Assembly: GCA_964658305.1 (NCBI GenBank)
Contig: OZ210885.1
Span: forward strand, 22,754,001-22,818,000
DNA: 64,000 nt
Reading direction: 5' to 3'
From: Leptogorgia sarmentosa
Taxonomy: Eukaryota
In this document: positions 37,251-48,817 of the stretch, one piece after another
Position numbering within the stretch: position 1 is the first letter of the stretch
How the letters are laid out: each line of letters starts with the position of its first letter
Notes under the pieces: model-generated
What the model was told of the DNA's origin: nothing
Databases searched by the model: none
Seen by the model: the letters and a program-made list of their open reading frames with translations, nothing else
Made by a program: the position numbers and the translations under genes

Positions 37251-38263
37251 ATAAAGCAATTATAAATTATACATGGTTGTATCCGCAAACTTTCATACTT
37301 TATGAACTATATCAATAAAGATTTTACTGCCATGACGTCATCACTATGACGTCATCAGGGGCCCCAATCAATTTTTGCCCCGGGCCCCACAAAACCTCTC
37401 GGCGGCCCTGCTCGATCGTATACGTCATTGCGGTCGACCGCGGTCGTCCATATGCGGTCGATCGTATACATCATTGCGATCGACCACGGTAAAAAAAAAA
37501 GCCTCATAACGCACATATTAGAACTTGAAAAACAAAATAATAATCAGTTCGAATCCGATTCGCATCATGAAGAGAACTGCTGTTCCTGAATTTGCTTTGA
37601 TCTTGCTTTATTTTGAAATGTGAGTATACGTTTGCTTCCAGCAGTTAACTGTGGTCTTTAGCAAGTTCGATCTAGCTGTTTGTTAAAATTGTGTATAAAC
37701 CGTCTAAATAATAAAACACCATATGTTTATGATAATCTAATGAAGAATATTTTACAAGGGCGATATTTTGTTGTGTTTCGTTATTGCTGCAGCTGCATGC
37801 CTGCTAACCACACTCCAACGTGCTATTCATGTTTGAATACTCTCCTGTTCGTTAGACTCGTAGCAGTTAAGACGAAGATTTTCGGTATGTACTGTCACGT
37901 GCCTTGTGCTCAGCTTCGTTCGAAATATAAATTTTGAAGTTTGAGGGTTTCTCAGTGGGCAGACAAACTTAAAAATTCTCATGAAATCATAGTTTATGAC
38001 ATGAGGCGAAACATATTTAAACATTTTTTTATTCATATATATCCTTGTTATGGCTACAGCGCTGTTTTTGTCTTTAGTACGCACAGAAAACGTACAGAGG
38101 TTTTGTTTGCATGGAGTAGATCAAATTTCGTCTAGAAACCATACAGTTGGAAAAAGAACGCCTCAAAAGAGCGCTGATTTTACCTTTAAATTTCGCCTAG
38201 AAAGCAAATTTCGAATGAATACCTACAGAGTAGAGTGCGCTCACAGCCGCTATCTGGCAGCGA

Positions 38264-38537
38264 GGGGCCGGTAGTACCAAAGGTGAATAGCGTTATCCAT
38301 CGGATAGCGACTTTTTCAAGCTTCCTAAAACAACCTGTTGATCCAAGCTTCCTAAAACAACCTGTTGATCCATTCAATTCAGATTAAACTTTGATATTTT
38401 AAAGTTGATGAAGTTTCCTTTTATTAATTGACAGGCCCGTATCTCCAGTTTTATAGCTTTTTGTGTATTTTTACAACAGTTGAAAGAATCACTACCCGGT
38501 GGATAAAGTTATCCGACTTTCGTACAACTGCGGTCCC
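38264..38537. mobile_element. Decayed MITE, Harbinger-like
   Basis: Imperfect inverted ends ggggccggtagtaccaaagg...ttatccatcgg and ccggtggataa...ctttcgtacaactgcggtccc. Confidence 0.55.
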
Positions 38538-39267
38538 AGGAAACAACAACTACTACAAAGCGTATATTTTTAACACTTAATCGCATTCGCTAATTCTTCT
38601 GCACGCAGTCCAACAGTGAAAAATGCGTCTTGTTTATCCGCTAAATTTAATTCGATTGCCATGCATGAAATCTGACTTTTACGAAGAAGGAATGTTTAAT
38701 CAGTAATAACCTCATGGCCTAAGGATAATTGATATGCAAAAAATTATCAATATAAGGTTAGATTCATGTTCTCAAAGTATTTCAAAAGTTACACTAACGA
38801 TATCGCGGCTATAGTGTGATTGGTGATCTTGTGATTCTTGTCACTTGTTCGATTTTCTCCTGCTGCACTTGATGGAGGGTTTTACGCCCACTAACGCCTA
38901 AGTAAGTATCTACTCGAAATGCGCAATTCTATGCTGTCAATTATAGCTGGCGAGTGCGCATGCAATGTCTGGTTTCGAATTAGGGGAATTCATCACCACG
39001 GCTGGAAAGAGCATTATTAATTTAGTAGAACTGTGAAGTTTGGTTGCAAAATAACGTAAAATGTGGAAAATACAGTCTTTTAAAAATTTGCAAACTTTGT
39101 ATTAAACTTTTGAATATCACTGCGCTGTGCGTGATACAAATTTAAAGCATACAAAATTAGCAAAATTCAAATGCCTGTATTTCAAAACGTTTACCATATA
39201 TTGTTTTCACGGTTCACGGTTTTATTAAATTATTTTAGCTATGTTGCTGTTTTTCAACTGTGCTAAT

Positions 39268-39853
39268 CAGTCCCGGATTAATCACGTGGCAGATGCGGCA
39301 TATGCCGTGGCCCCGCGGTTACAGGGGCCCTGCTCTTCGATAGGCCACGCCCTTTTCTGGAAAATGATACGCCCATTGTGGTTTGTGGTTCACATTTGGG
39401 GCCCTTCGTGATTTGCATATTTGCCCCCCAAGTATGTCGATTTCTCTGTGTTTCGCATAACAATTTAATTTGGGGCCCTCCGTTTGCACATCAACTTGGG
39501 TCCCTGTGGTTTGCGTGTCAATTTGGGGCCCTTCTACGTCGCGCATTTAAACTTAATTTAATACTCACTGTTTGCGTATTAAAATTATTTTGTGGCCTTC
39601 GCGGTGAAACAACACTCTGAAATGGTCGTTTCCGGCGATCTAGAGGCTCTAAATTCTCAAAATTTTCTCGCTCGATGCCAACCATGGTGGCGTCTCGTGA
39701 GACTCCCCCCCCATTCCAAAACGTTCTTACAACCCAGAAATTGCGGTAATGCTGTGATATGCCCGGATATCAACAAATATGTGTGAGGGGCCCCTGATGT
39801 TGTGAGATGCTGAACATCTGCCACAGGCCCCGCACGATGTTAATCCGGCGCTG
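39268..39853. mobile_element. Non-autonomous hAT element
   Basis: TIR CAG(TC/CG)CCGGATTAA; 8 bp TSD GTGCTAAT at 39260-39267 and 39854-39861; GGGCCC motifs. Confidence 0.9.
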
Positions 39854-40935
39854 GTGCTAATGTCCAGTAATGAAATATTTCCCGATTCAAAAGTTCGTCT
39901 GAAAGGAGAAAGGTCTTCTTTGATGATGTGTAGCTACTACACTACTACAACAATACACATTGTGGACTTATCCAATGCTGTGCAGGAAAAGTGTTTTCTA
40001 CCATTCCAGAATCATCTGCATGACGATTTTCCAACGAAGTAAAAGATTGTGTTGGCAAATAATTAATTTCCGAATAATTATCAACTCTTAGCATCAGTGC
40101 TGTCCAAATTTCTCTCGGCACTGATGAAGAAATCTGTCTCACACGACGGAATACGACAGGTGAAAAGTGTGTGCTCCAACTTTACGAGATAAGGAGCTTT
40201 TTGTCAACAATGAAAGATCAGATCTCCAAACTGAATAGCAAGGTGGAATAAAGGTGAAAATACATTAGTCTACATGAATGTTGCATGACAGAATCTTGAT
40301 GGAGTAGCATTTTTTGCTATGATGTATGTGTGGGAGGAGGGAGAGCGAAAGTAGTAAGAGGGGAGGGAGAGAGACAGGGAGGAATTTCAACTATTCGATG
40401 AACTGTATGGAGATGGGGTCGGCCATTTTGCCAAAAATCATCATCTAATTTATCTTTTAAATAACAAGAAAATAAATTCAGATATACAATGGTAAAAGAG
40501 ATTTGATACTCTTTGTGACGTCATGCTGACATGATTATAGCATTAAACTGGAAAACCTATTTTAGCTAGTTTTAATAAATATGATTTGTTTGAATGTATA
40601 TAGTATACGATTCATGCCGTCAAGCCTTACTGGAGAAAAAGTAAGTATTTTTACGAATTCCAGGACTTGTAGCGGGCTGTAAATCAAATGCCTTACTTTC
40701 TTAGTAGATTAATTGCTTCTGATCTAAAACCAGAACTGGATAAATCAGTCATTTTCAATTAAATGTTCCACCTTACTTGAGCATATTCCTTAGGATGGTG
40801 GAGATGGTGGTGGTGGAAAATAGCTGTGAATGTGATATCGTAATGCGCAAACTTTGTGGGTGTTTTGAATCTGCTTAGCTTATTTGCGAAACTTATCTCT
40901 GTTAAAGGATGCTCTATCATATTCTGTAATGTAAG

Positions 40936-41218
40936 TGTGTCAGAATGTATAGAAACTGTATCGATACGATTATGTACATTTATATTAAGTACATTAACTA
41001 CGTTTATATTGTTGCATGAAGTATATTGTCTTTTGAGTTGAGCCCGCGGAAAAACGTTTTTCGTACGTTTTTACATGTGGTTTGGATAAGTCACAGTGTT
41101 TTACCGCAGGATATATTAGGTAAAGAAGCAGATTTGTAATCAGGTTTTATATGTTGTTTGAATATAACCTCGAAAATTGCGCGTTGAAATGTTGGGACTA
41201 CTTTAACGAACCAAAACA
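40936..41218 (+). repeat. 5' LTR
   Basis: Identical by eye to 47764-48046. Confidence 0.95.
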
Positions 41219-41359
41219 GTAAAACACTCGTGGAAATTGAGATTAAAATCCAGTGTTAACGAAGACCAAGAGCTAGAAAGAAGCCTATACTTCGCGGAAG
41301 TTGCTTGAAGCTAGTCTCCTTGTTTGTTGTTCGTCGTCGGCAAGTGAGTTATAGTCAAT

Positions 41360-44300
41360 ATGAGTGTTCTCGAGAAAAAACAAGAGCGAACCAAAGCTAA
41401 GACTGCAATAAAATTGGCAGCAAGACGCCTTATCAGTGCAGCAAATCGGGAAGCAGAATTTGACAGTTTGAAGAGTTTAATGACAGAGCTAGAAAAGTCC
41501 TACGATGACTTTTTAGTTGTTAACGAAGAGTTTGAATCCCTTGTCACAATGGAAGGGAACAATGAACATAGCACAGTGAATGGGGAAGATGTTGTAACGT
41601 ACAGGGAAAATGTGAAGAAATCCTACATGGAAGCACAGGAAGTTTTCCTTAAAAGAAGGAATGAAGATAAAAGCAATTCGATGGCCGTGGAAACGGTAAG
41701 AACTGCTCTTAAATTAGAAGTTATGACTCTGACAGATATCATGAACGCTGCAGAGGAAAATCTCTATACAGAGACCCCAAATATATCAGCTCTACAATTA
41801 GACATAAAAGAATTGCAGGAGTTATCCAGTTCATTGCATGGCAAGACATCTGAACTGAGTCTCATTAATAGTTCAAAACATGAACAAGACATGTCATTGA
41901 TTGAGGAAATAAAAGATATTTTGGGAAGGTCTCGTAGTCAAGTCAGAGCAATAAAGTTGAAATTGCATGAATGTCAGCATCCTCATGAACGCACGGTACA
42001 CACACCAGCTCCTTCAACCTCCCCCACACCACCAAGCACATCTCCTGACACCTCAGGGAAGGACACTACAACAATCGATGCAGAAGCCACCACTGTCGAG
42101 GATAGTACTGCTGTGAGCTCTGATAATGTGATGAATGTGACGGCCCCATCTTTTGTTCCGAATCCCTCAACATCTGAGTCAAGCCAAGTTTGTAGTAATC
42201 CCCTGGTAAGCACAGAGAGCTCGTTCGATAGCAATCATGTAATTTATGCCAGTGGTACAACTGTATCACAATCATCCGTCATAAATCCGAACACAAGTTA
42301 TCAACAACCGATATTCACCAACCCTTTGTTACAAGGCCAACCCCAAAATACGATGTCATCCTTTCCTTCTGCTGGAATGTCACCCTTTCCTTCTGCTGGA
42401 TTGTCACGGTCATATCCATTCATGTCCATACACAATCCTGTTTCCTCCCAGCCAGTGAGTGTCCCTTACACACAACCCTCGCATGATGTACAGAGCATAT
42501 TTGTACACCCACACAATCCCAACCTGCAGACATCCTTCTACCATCCCACTTTGGGTCCCTCAACCATTTCCCTCCCAGCAGAACCAATGCATTACGCAAG
42601 TACTTCGTATGGTCACAGTCCACGTTTACCATCATCAGTTCAACTCAGAAAAATGGAGCTACCCACATTCAACGGTCGAAGAAGAGATTGGCCCGAGTTC
42701 AAGGCTATCTGGAAGTCAGTAGCAGAATCAGCTTACCATAATAAAACTGCCCTTGCTCATGAGTTGAAGCGATCGGTAAAAGGAGAAGCCAGTAAGCGAA
42801 TAAAATCAGTATATATAACCAAACCGGAGGCATATGATTTGATGTGGAGCAAGTTGGAAAGTTACTATGAAGATGTCGGGGCTAGCGTGCAAGCGGCGCT
42901 TGATGACCTGCACAAATTGAAGCCAGTGGCAGAGGAAGATTTCAGAGGACTTGTTGACTTGGTCGATGAGGTAGAGTCTGCTTACAGCCAGTTGAATGAA
43001 CTAGGAAACCTGAACATTCTTACCATGAGAGATGTCGATCAGATTACAGAATTACTTCCCAATCATTTAAAAGTTGAATGGCGACGTCGTTACCGAGATA
43101 TAACCCCGACTGAGAAAGTACGCCCTTTCGTGCCATTCATGAAATTTCTGAATACCGAACAAGAAGCTGTTTCGCGTATGGCTGAAAATCAACCGAAGCA
43201 AAGATTCAAGAAGACAACCCATCACGTAGATAGACACGGGTCGAAGAAGTTTTACAAGTGCGCCTTTCCTTCCCATCGTAAGGACAATATAAATCATACA
43301 ACGGAACAATGCAAGGAATTCCAAAAATTGCCCATAAGTGGAAAGAACGGAAAATACCAGCTCTTAAAAGAAATCAATGCGTGCTTCAAATGCTTTGGTA
43401 ATCATCAACGACTAAACTGTACAAGCAAGGAACAATGCAATTGTGACAGCAATCGGCATCACAAGTTGTTATGCGAGGGCAAGGCTAAGCCGGTTGATTC
43501 AACTAAAGAGGAAGCAAAGACGGACAGGAAAGAGACACACATTGCACAAAGTGATTCCCTCTCTTTATATCCCATCTACCAAGTTCCCGTAAGCGGCTGT
43601 AACAAGAGCATAACTGTTTTCTGTGATGGAGGGTCGAACGCAACATATATCACTCATCGAGCAGCAGAAAGAATAAAAGCCCGAAAGCTTGGCAAGGTAA
43701 CTCTTGATGTCACTACAATGGGGAATGTGGAGCGTACACATCATACTCAGCAATACGAGTTCCCAATAACCACCAACACCGGTAAGCGAGTAACTATTAC
43801 AGCCTATGGAATGGAAAGGATTACCGGACCAGTCAACAAATTGGACACCGATGTGCTCAAGAAGCTATTCCCTGAATATGACCCTGAGTCTTTACAGAGA
43901 AAGTCGACGAACGTTGATGTCCTGCTCGGATGTGACTATTTCGGCTTGCATCCTAAGCACGAGGAAGCAAAATGTGGTGAAAACCTCAGTGTTATGAATG
44001 GAGAATTGGGTACATGCCTCCAAGGAACGCATTCTGAACTTTCCGAAAGAACTAAGCATGATTCCAACCTAGCCAAGGTCATTCATGATGTTAGAGTGAA
44101 AGTTCAAATCTATCGAGTCCAGACAAATGCTCATCCAGAGTTCCTGCCGATCCCGTCGTGTTCTAATATGGATAAACAAGAATCGAGTTCCTGCCAGTCA
44201 TCGAAAAGTGTTCATACGACGAGAGAGAAGAGACAAGTGCGTAGCGTCGAAGATTTCATCACTGGTGAAGAACTTGGTACTGAAATCACGCCACGTTGCG

Positions 44301-47300
44301 GTGGGTGTCGATGCGGAAAATGCCCAACGGTTGGACACACGTATTCATTCAAGGAAGAACAGGAACTGAATATTATTCGCAAAAACTTGGAATATGACGA
44401 AGCCCTGCAATGCTGGAAGACGAGTTACCCATGGACGGTTGATCCCCACAGTTTGCCTGACAACTACGGTAGTGCCCTAGCAACGTTGAAGAAAACTGAG
44501 CACACTCTAATGAAAGATTCAACATGGGCAACAAAATACAAAGAGCAGATGGAAGATATGATTGATCGGAAAGTCGCACGGAAGCTCAACGCCGAAGACT
44601 TACGAGAGTGGAACGGTCCTGTGTTTTACATATCACATTTGGCAGTACACAATCCAAAGTCCATATCTACTCCCGTCCGTATAGTGTTCAATTCCAGTCA
44701 GGTTTTTAATGGCGTGTCATTGAACTCCTGTCTAGCGAAAGGCCCTGATTGCTATATGAATAATCAAATCGGGATCTTGTTGCGTTGGCGAGAACGAGCA
44801 GTCGCCCTCGTGGGGGACATACGCAAGATGTTCAACTCGGTCCATCTGAACGACCTAGAGAAGCATTGTCATCGCTTCCTTTGGAGAGACTTGGAATTGG
44901 AACGACCTCCTGATGTTTACGTCATGGAACGTGTTAATATGGGAGACACGCCAGCACCAGCAATCAGCACGGAAGCAATCTATATGACGGCTGATCGTTT
45001 CGAAAATGATAGCCCCGAGGCAGCCCAACTGATCAAGAAGTCAACCTACGTGGACGATCTGATAGACTCTCGCACCTCGCTGGAGGATGCAGTCAAAGTT
45101 GGTGGAGAAGTGGAAGAGATGCTCGCTAAGGGTGGTTTCTCGGTAAAATGCTGGCAGTTATCAGGAGAGGAGAAGCCTCGAGCCTCGTTGATCCGGAAAG
45201 CTACTACAACGGACGACTCACAAGAAATCCCGACATCCGCGAATATGTTAAAAGGAACCGAATCAAACCTAAGAGTCCTTGGTCTGGGATGGGATCCCGT
45301 AACGGACTGTCTATTGTATGAGGTCGCACTTAATTTCAGCAAGAAAAGACGTGGTATACGTACTGGTCCAAATTTGAAAGCCGAAGAGCTCCCCAGTTCA
45401 TTGCCCGAAGTCCTCACTAAGCGAACAGTGCTCGAACAGGTGATGAAGATCTATGATCCCTTGGGTTTGGTATGCCCGTTCACTTTGTGGGGAAAGATCT
45501 ATCTACGCGAGCTGTGGAGTCTAAAACTCGACTGGGACACGCCCCTCCCTGTACATCTGTCGGCAAAGTGGGTCAAATTCTTCACGACGATGTTCCAACT
45601 TGAAAAGTTACGATTTTCACGGTGCTTACGACCCGATGATGCAGTTGGTCGTCCATGGCTCGTGATCCTCAGCGATGGCAGTGACCTGGCATACGGATTT
45701 GCAGCTTATATCAGATGGTGTCTGGAAGATGGCAAGTTTTGGTGTCGGCTCGTAATGGCGAAATGCAGAATAGCACCTCTCAACAAAATCTCTACCCCGC
45801 AAATGGAGCTGAATGCAGCGGTGCTATCGAAACGTGGCAGAAAAGTTATTGAGTCGGAAATGCGATTCCAGTATGAGAGAGTACTGCATCTAGTTGACTC
45901 TGAGACGGTCTTGAGCATGATTAACAAAACTAGTACGCGCTTCAGAGTTTACGAGGGGGTTCGAGTCGGAGAAATTCAGGCCGCCACGAACGGCGACCTT
46001 TCATGTTGGGCGTGGTTGTCTGGTGATGAAAACATCGCTGATTGGCTTACACGAGGACGTGAACCTGATCAGTTAGGCGAGGATTCCGAGTGGTGGAATG
46101 GACCGTCTATTCTATACCAACCGATCGAGTCGTGGGGTTTGAAATTCGGATTACAGAAAGACGAAGCTTTACCTGGAGAAAAGAAAATTCGAGGTACTAC
46201 CTTTGGCGAAACCGAAGAGTCTCCCATTGATATCTCGAGATTTAACGACTTCAACAAGCTTCTCTGGGTGACCGCAAGGATCATCGGAATGGCAAGATCC
46301 AAAACACTCAAAGGTGGGAATACTTCGAACATCACACCGGAACTATTCCGAGACGCAGAAGACCTTCTCGTGAGAATGGCCCAAAAGGAGTTAGAGGAAG
46401 AGATCCAGAAGAAAGATAAGAAAGGCAGAAATGGTGGTCGATATAAGTCCCTGAACCCCGTCAGAGATCCAGGTGGATACTATGTCATTGGTCAGCGCTT
46501 AAAAGACAAGAACCCGATGACCCCAGATGCTTCATTACAGAGATTGCTCCCAACCAAACATCAGCTCACTCGACTCTTGATGGACCGGGCGCACAAGGAA
46601 TGCGGACACCGAGGACGGGACGCGACTCTAGCCAGATTTAGGCAGAAATATTGGATAGCGCAAGGCAGCAAGATTGCCCAGTCAACCAAAAGCAAGTGTC
46701 AGTTGTGTAAACTTCGGGACGTCAAATTCGCGGGACAAGAAATGGGAGGCTTGCCAGAGTCCAGACTGAAGCCAGCGCCACCTTTCACTTACACTATGCT
46801 CGATCTATTTGGTCCGTACGACGTGAGAGGCGAGGTTCAAAAGCGAACGAGTGGAAAGGCATACGGCGTCATATTTACGGACATGGTCTCTCGTGCAGTC
46901 CACATCGAAGCTGTGTATGGTTACGACACCAGTTCCTTCCTGTTGGCGTTGAGTAGATTTTGCAGTCTGCGTGGATGGCCCGAGTATATTTACAGTGACC
47001 CTGGGTCACAACTAATAGGAGCTGAGAGAGAATTGAAACAAGCCTGGGAAAAGATAGACCGAACAGAGCTGAACAAGAATGGTGTCCATAATGGTTTGAA
47101 GTGGATCTTCGGTTCTGCGGACAGTCCTTGGCATCAAGGTGCGGTGGAGTCGCTAGTTAAAGCTGCCAAGAGGGCTATTCACTTCGCCGTCGGAAAGAAA
47201 CGTTTCACCGTGCCTGAATTTCTTACCGTCTGCACAGAAGTTGCTAATCTTTTAAACGAAAGGCCCATTGGAACCCTGCCGTCTGCCGATTCGGAAATGA

Positions 47301-47740
47301 ATATCTTGACACCAAATAGTTTGTTGCTCGGGCGGTCGACTGCAAAAAATCCTGGTGGTTGGCAACCGTTTACTTATAGCCAGAGCGCACAGAATCGCTA
47401 CCATCTTGTTCAAACGGCAGTAGAAGATTTCTGGGAGAAATGGACACAACTGTATGCCCCAACTTTGATTGTTCAACGAAAATGGCATGTATCGCGAAGG
47501 AATGTACGTGAAGGTGACGTCGTAATCGTAGCTGATAAGAACGTGTTTCGAGGAGAGTACCGCTTGGGAATTGTCACAGAAGTATTTCCTGACTGCAACG
47601 GGAAAGTACGACGAGTTCTCGTCACCTACAAGAATTTTCGAGTTGGAAACAATCCTAGTAGTTACGGAGCAAGTGAAGCAGTAACAGTGTCAAGAAGTGT
47701 ACAGCGTCTAGCCTTAATTGTACCTAAAGAAGAAAACTAA
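41360..47740 (+). CDS. BEL/Pao Gag-Pol polyprotein, 2126 aa
   Basis: DUF1759 (ELPTFNGRRRDWPEF), Cys/His knuckles, protease FCDGGS, RT YVDD, RNase H SDGS...MELNAA, integrase HHCC plus DLFGP/SDPG/AVESLVK, and a DUF5641-like tail. Confidence 0.96.
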   Translation: MSVLEKKQERTKAKTAIKLAARRLISAANREAEFDSLKSLMTELEKSYDDFLVVNEEFESLVTMEGNNEHSTVNGEDVVTYRENVKKSYMEAQEVFLKRRNEDKSNSMAVETVRTALKLEVMTLTDIMNAAEENLYTETPNISALQLDIKELQELSSSLHGKTSELSLINSSKHEQDMSLIEEIKDILGRSRSQVRAIKLKLHECQHPHERTVHTPAPSTSPTPPSTSPDTSGKDTTTIDAEATTVEDSTAVSSDNVMNVTAPSFVPNPSTSESSQVCSNPLVSTESSFDSNHVIYASGTTVSQSSVINPNTSYQQPIFTNPLLQGQPQNTMSSFPSAGMSPFPSAGLSRSYPFMSIHNPVSSQPVSVPYTQPSHDVQSIFVHPHNPNLQTSFYHPTLGPSTISLPAEPMHYASTSYGHSPRLPSSVQLRKMELPTFNGRRRDWPEFKAIWKSVAESAYHNKTALAHELKRSVKGEASKRIKSVYITKPEAYDLMWSKLESYYEDVGASVQAALDDLHKLKPVAEEDFRGLVDLVDEVESAYSQLNELGNLNILTMRDVDQITELLPNHLKVEWRRRYRDITPTEKVRPFVPFMKFLNTEQEAVSRMAENQPKQRFKKTTHHVDRHGSKKFYKCAFPSHRKDNINHTTEQCKEFQKLPISGKNGKYQLLKEINACFKCFGNHQRLNCTSKEQCNCDSNRHHKLLCEGKAKPVDSTKEEAKTDRKETHIAQSDSLSLYPIYQVPVSGCNKSITVFCDGGSNATYITHRAAERIKARKLGKVTLDVTTMGNVERTHHTQQYEFPITTNTGKRVTITAYGMERITGPVNKLDTDVLKKLFPEYDPESLQRKSTNVDVLLGCDYFGLHPKHEEAKCGENLSVMNGELGTCLQGTHSELSERTKHDSNLAKVIHDVRVKVQIYRVQTNAHPEFLPIPSCSNMDKQESSSCQSSKSVHTTREKRQVRSVEDFITGEELGTEITPRCGGCRCGKCPTVGHTYSFKEEQELNIIRKNLEYDEALQCWKTSYPWTVDPHSLPDNYGSALATLKKTEHTLMKDSTWATKYKEQMEDMIDRKVARKLNAEDLREWNGPVFYISHLAVHNPKSISTPVRIVFNSSQVFNGVSLNSCLAKGPDCYMNNQIGILLRWRERAVALVGDIRKMFNSVHLNDLEKHCHRFLWRDLELERPPDVYVMERVNMGDTPAPAISTEAIYMTADRFENDSPEAAQLIKKSTYVDDLIDSRTSLEDAVKVGGEVEEMLAKGGFSVKCWQLSGEEKPRASLIRKATTTDDSQEIPTSANMLKGTESNLRVLGLGWDPVTDCLLYEVALNFSKKRRGIRTGPNLKAEELPSSLPEVLTKRTVLEQVMKIYDPLGLVCPFTLWGKIYLRELWSLKLDWDTPLPVHLSAKWVKFFTTMFQLEKLRFSRCLRPDDAVGRPWLVILSDGSDLAYGFAAYIRWCLEDGKFWCRLVMAKCRIAPLNKISTPQMELNAAVLSKRGRKVIESEMRFQYERVLHLVDSETVLSMINKTSTRFRVYEGVRVGEIQAATNGDLSCWAWLSGDENIADWLTRGREPDQLGEDSEWWNGPSILYQPIESWGLKFGLQKDEALPGEKKIRGTTFGETEESPIDISRFNDFNKLLWVTARIIGMARSKTLKGGNTSNITPELFRDAEDLLVRMAQKELEEEIQKKDKKGRNGGRYKSLNPVRDPGGYYVIGQRLKDKNPMTPDASLQRLLPTKHQLTRLLMDRAHKECGHRGRDATLARFRQKYWIAQGSKIAQSTKSKCQLCKLRDVKFAGQEMGGLPESRLKPAPPFTYTMLDLFGPYDVRGEVQKRTSGKAYGVIFTDMVSRAVHIEAVYGYDTSSFLLALSRFCSLRGWPEYIYSDPGSQLIGAERELKQAWEKIDRTELNKNGVHNGLKWIFGSADSPWHQGAVESLVKAAKRAIHFAVGKKRFTVPEFLTVCTEVANLLNERPIGTLPSADSEMNILTPNSLLLGRSTAKNPGGWQPFTYSQSAQNRYHLVQTAVEDFWEKWTQLYAPTLIVQRKWHVSRRNVREGDVVIVADKNVFRGEYRLGIVTEVFPDCNGKVRRVLVTYKNFRVGNNPSSYGASEAVTVSRSVQRLALIVPKEEN

Positions 47741-47763
47741 TCGCATCGACGCCGTCCCCCCGG

Positions 47764-48046
47764 TGTGTCAGAATGTATAGAAACTGTATCGATACGATTA
47801 TGTACATTTATATTAAGTACATTAACTACGTTTATATTGTTGCATGAAGTATATTGTCTTTTGAGTTGAGCCCGCGGAAAAACGTTTTTCGTACGTTTTT
47901 ACATGTGGTTTGGATAAGTCACAGTGTTTTACCGCAGGATATATTAGGTAAAGAAGCAGATTTGTAATCAGGTTTTATATGTTGTTTGAATATAACCTCG
48001 AAAATTGCGCGTTGAAATGTTGGGACTACTTTAACGAACCAAAACA
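47764..48046 (+). repeat. 3' LTR
   Basis: Identical by eye to 40936-41218. Confidence 0.95.
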
Positions 48047-48418
48047 GTAAGTGATGAAAACATAAATGACAAACAAGAATATTAATCCCATAGATATTAG
48101 TTCCATAGATTCCATACATATATATATAGTGTAACAATGAAATGAATGTATCCAACGATAAACCGTATATGGTAATGAATGTAAAATGTAACTTTATATA
48201 TCCCAAAATATATTAGCATGTAATCTCATATATATAGACGTAGTTTGTTATGTAAAAGATCAGAGTGAAATAAAACTGTAAAACACTAAACGTTGTTGTG
48301 TTACAGTGGTTAGGTTGTGTTTAGTCATAAGGGTGGCAAATGGCTGCCCACCAAAACCCAACAATCTCAACTTTCCAACCCAGTATACAAATCGGGTTTC
48401 TAGTCACTTTATTTATAG

Positions 48419-48817
48419 TCACGAGTTAACAATTCAGTTCGTTTCATTCCAATAAGCTACAAGGCAAATTCTTTGTACGATATCTTGGCAGACAGAAAAT
48501 TTCATGCAACTAACATCCCTCGCAACACATGGAAATCTTTGTACGACGATTCTTCCCTTCAACGAAATTGTATACGGCAAGGATTTAATGCTGCTGAAGA
48601 CAAGCACCATGCCCGAGTGCGAATCGGCATTATAGGAAACAATGAGAACGATTGTCAGACAGCAGATTCCTTCATAGGGTTTAGTGGGATAGATTCCGGC
48701 CAGTGCAAATATTGCGGTGTAAGCAATATAGTCAATAGCTGCGGCAACAGCGCTTACTGCAGGCCTGACAACGATGTCAAAGAAGTCAGAGCTATGGGGT
48801 ACATTTTTGTTCGTTAA
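48419..48817 (+). CDS. Terminal exon of a USOMP5-like (coral skeletal organic matrix protein 5 family) gene; partial
   Basis: Acceptor tttatttatag at 48418; ANSLYDILAD, SLQRNC..QGFN, RIGIIGNNENDC...DSFIG, SCGN and AMGYIFVR. The middle exons were not found, so it may be a pseudogene. Confidence 0.6.
   Translation, partial: SRVNNSVRFIPISYKANSLYDILADRKFHATNIPRNTWKSLYDDSSLQRNCIRQGFNAAEDKHHARVRIGIIGNNENDCQTADSFIGFSGIDSGQCKYCGVSNIVNSCGNSAYCRPDNDVKEVRAMGYIFVR

Larger units (their letters stand above)
33443..37410 (+). mobile_element. Full-length hAT DNA transposon, 3968 bp
   Basis: 16 bp TIR CAGGGCCGCCGAGAGG; 8 bp TSD CTCGATCG at 33435-33442 and 37411-37418; GGGGCCCC subterminal motifs. Confidence 0.97.
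40936..48046 (+). mobile_element. Full-length BEL/Pao LTR retrotransposon
   Basis: 283 bp TG..CA LTRs, TSD GTAAG (40931-40935, 48047-48051), and a single gag-pol ORF. Confidence 0.97.

Noticed and set aside
40120..40170. CTGATGA...GAAA as a second hammerhead
   Set aside because: Spacing and stems do not fit; it is better explained as coding sequence of a candidate exon.
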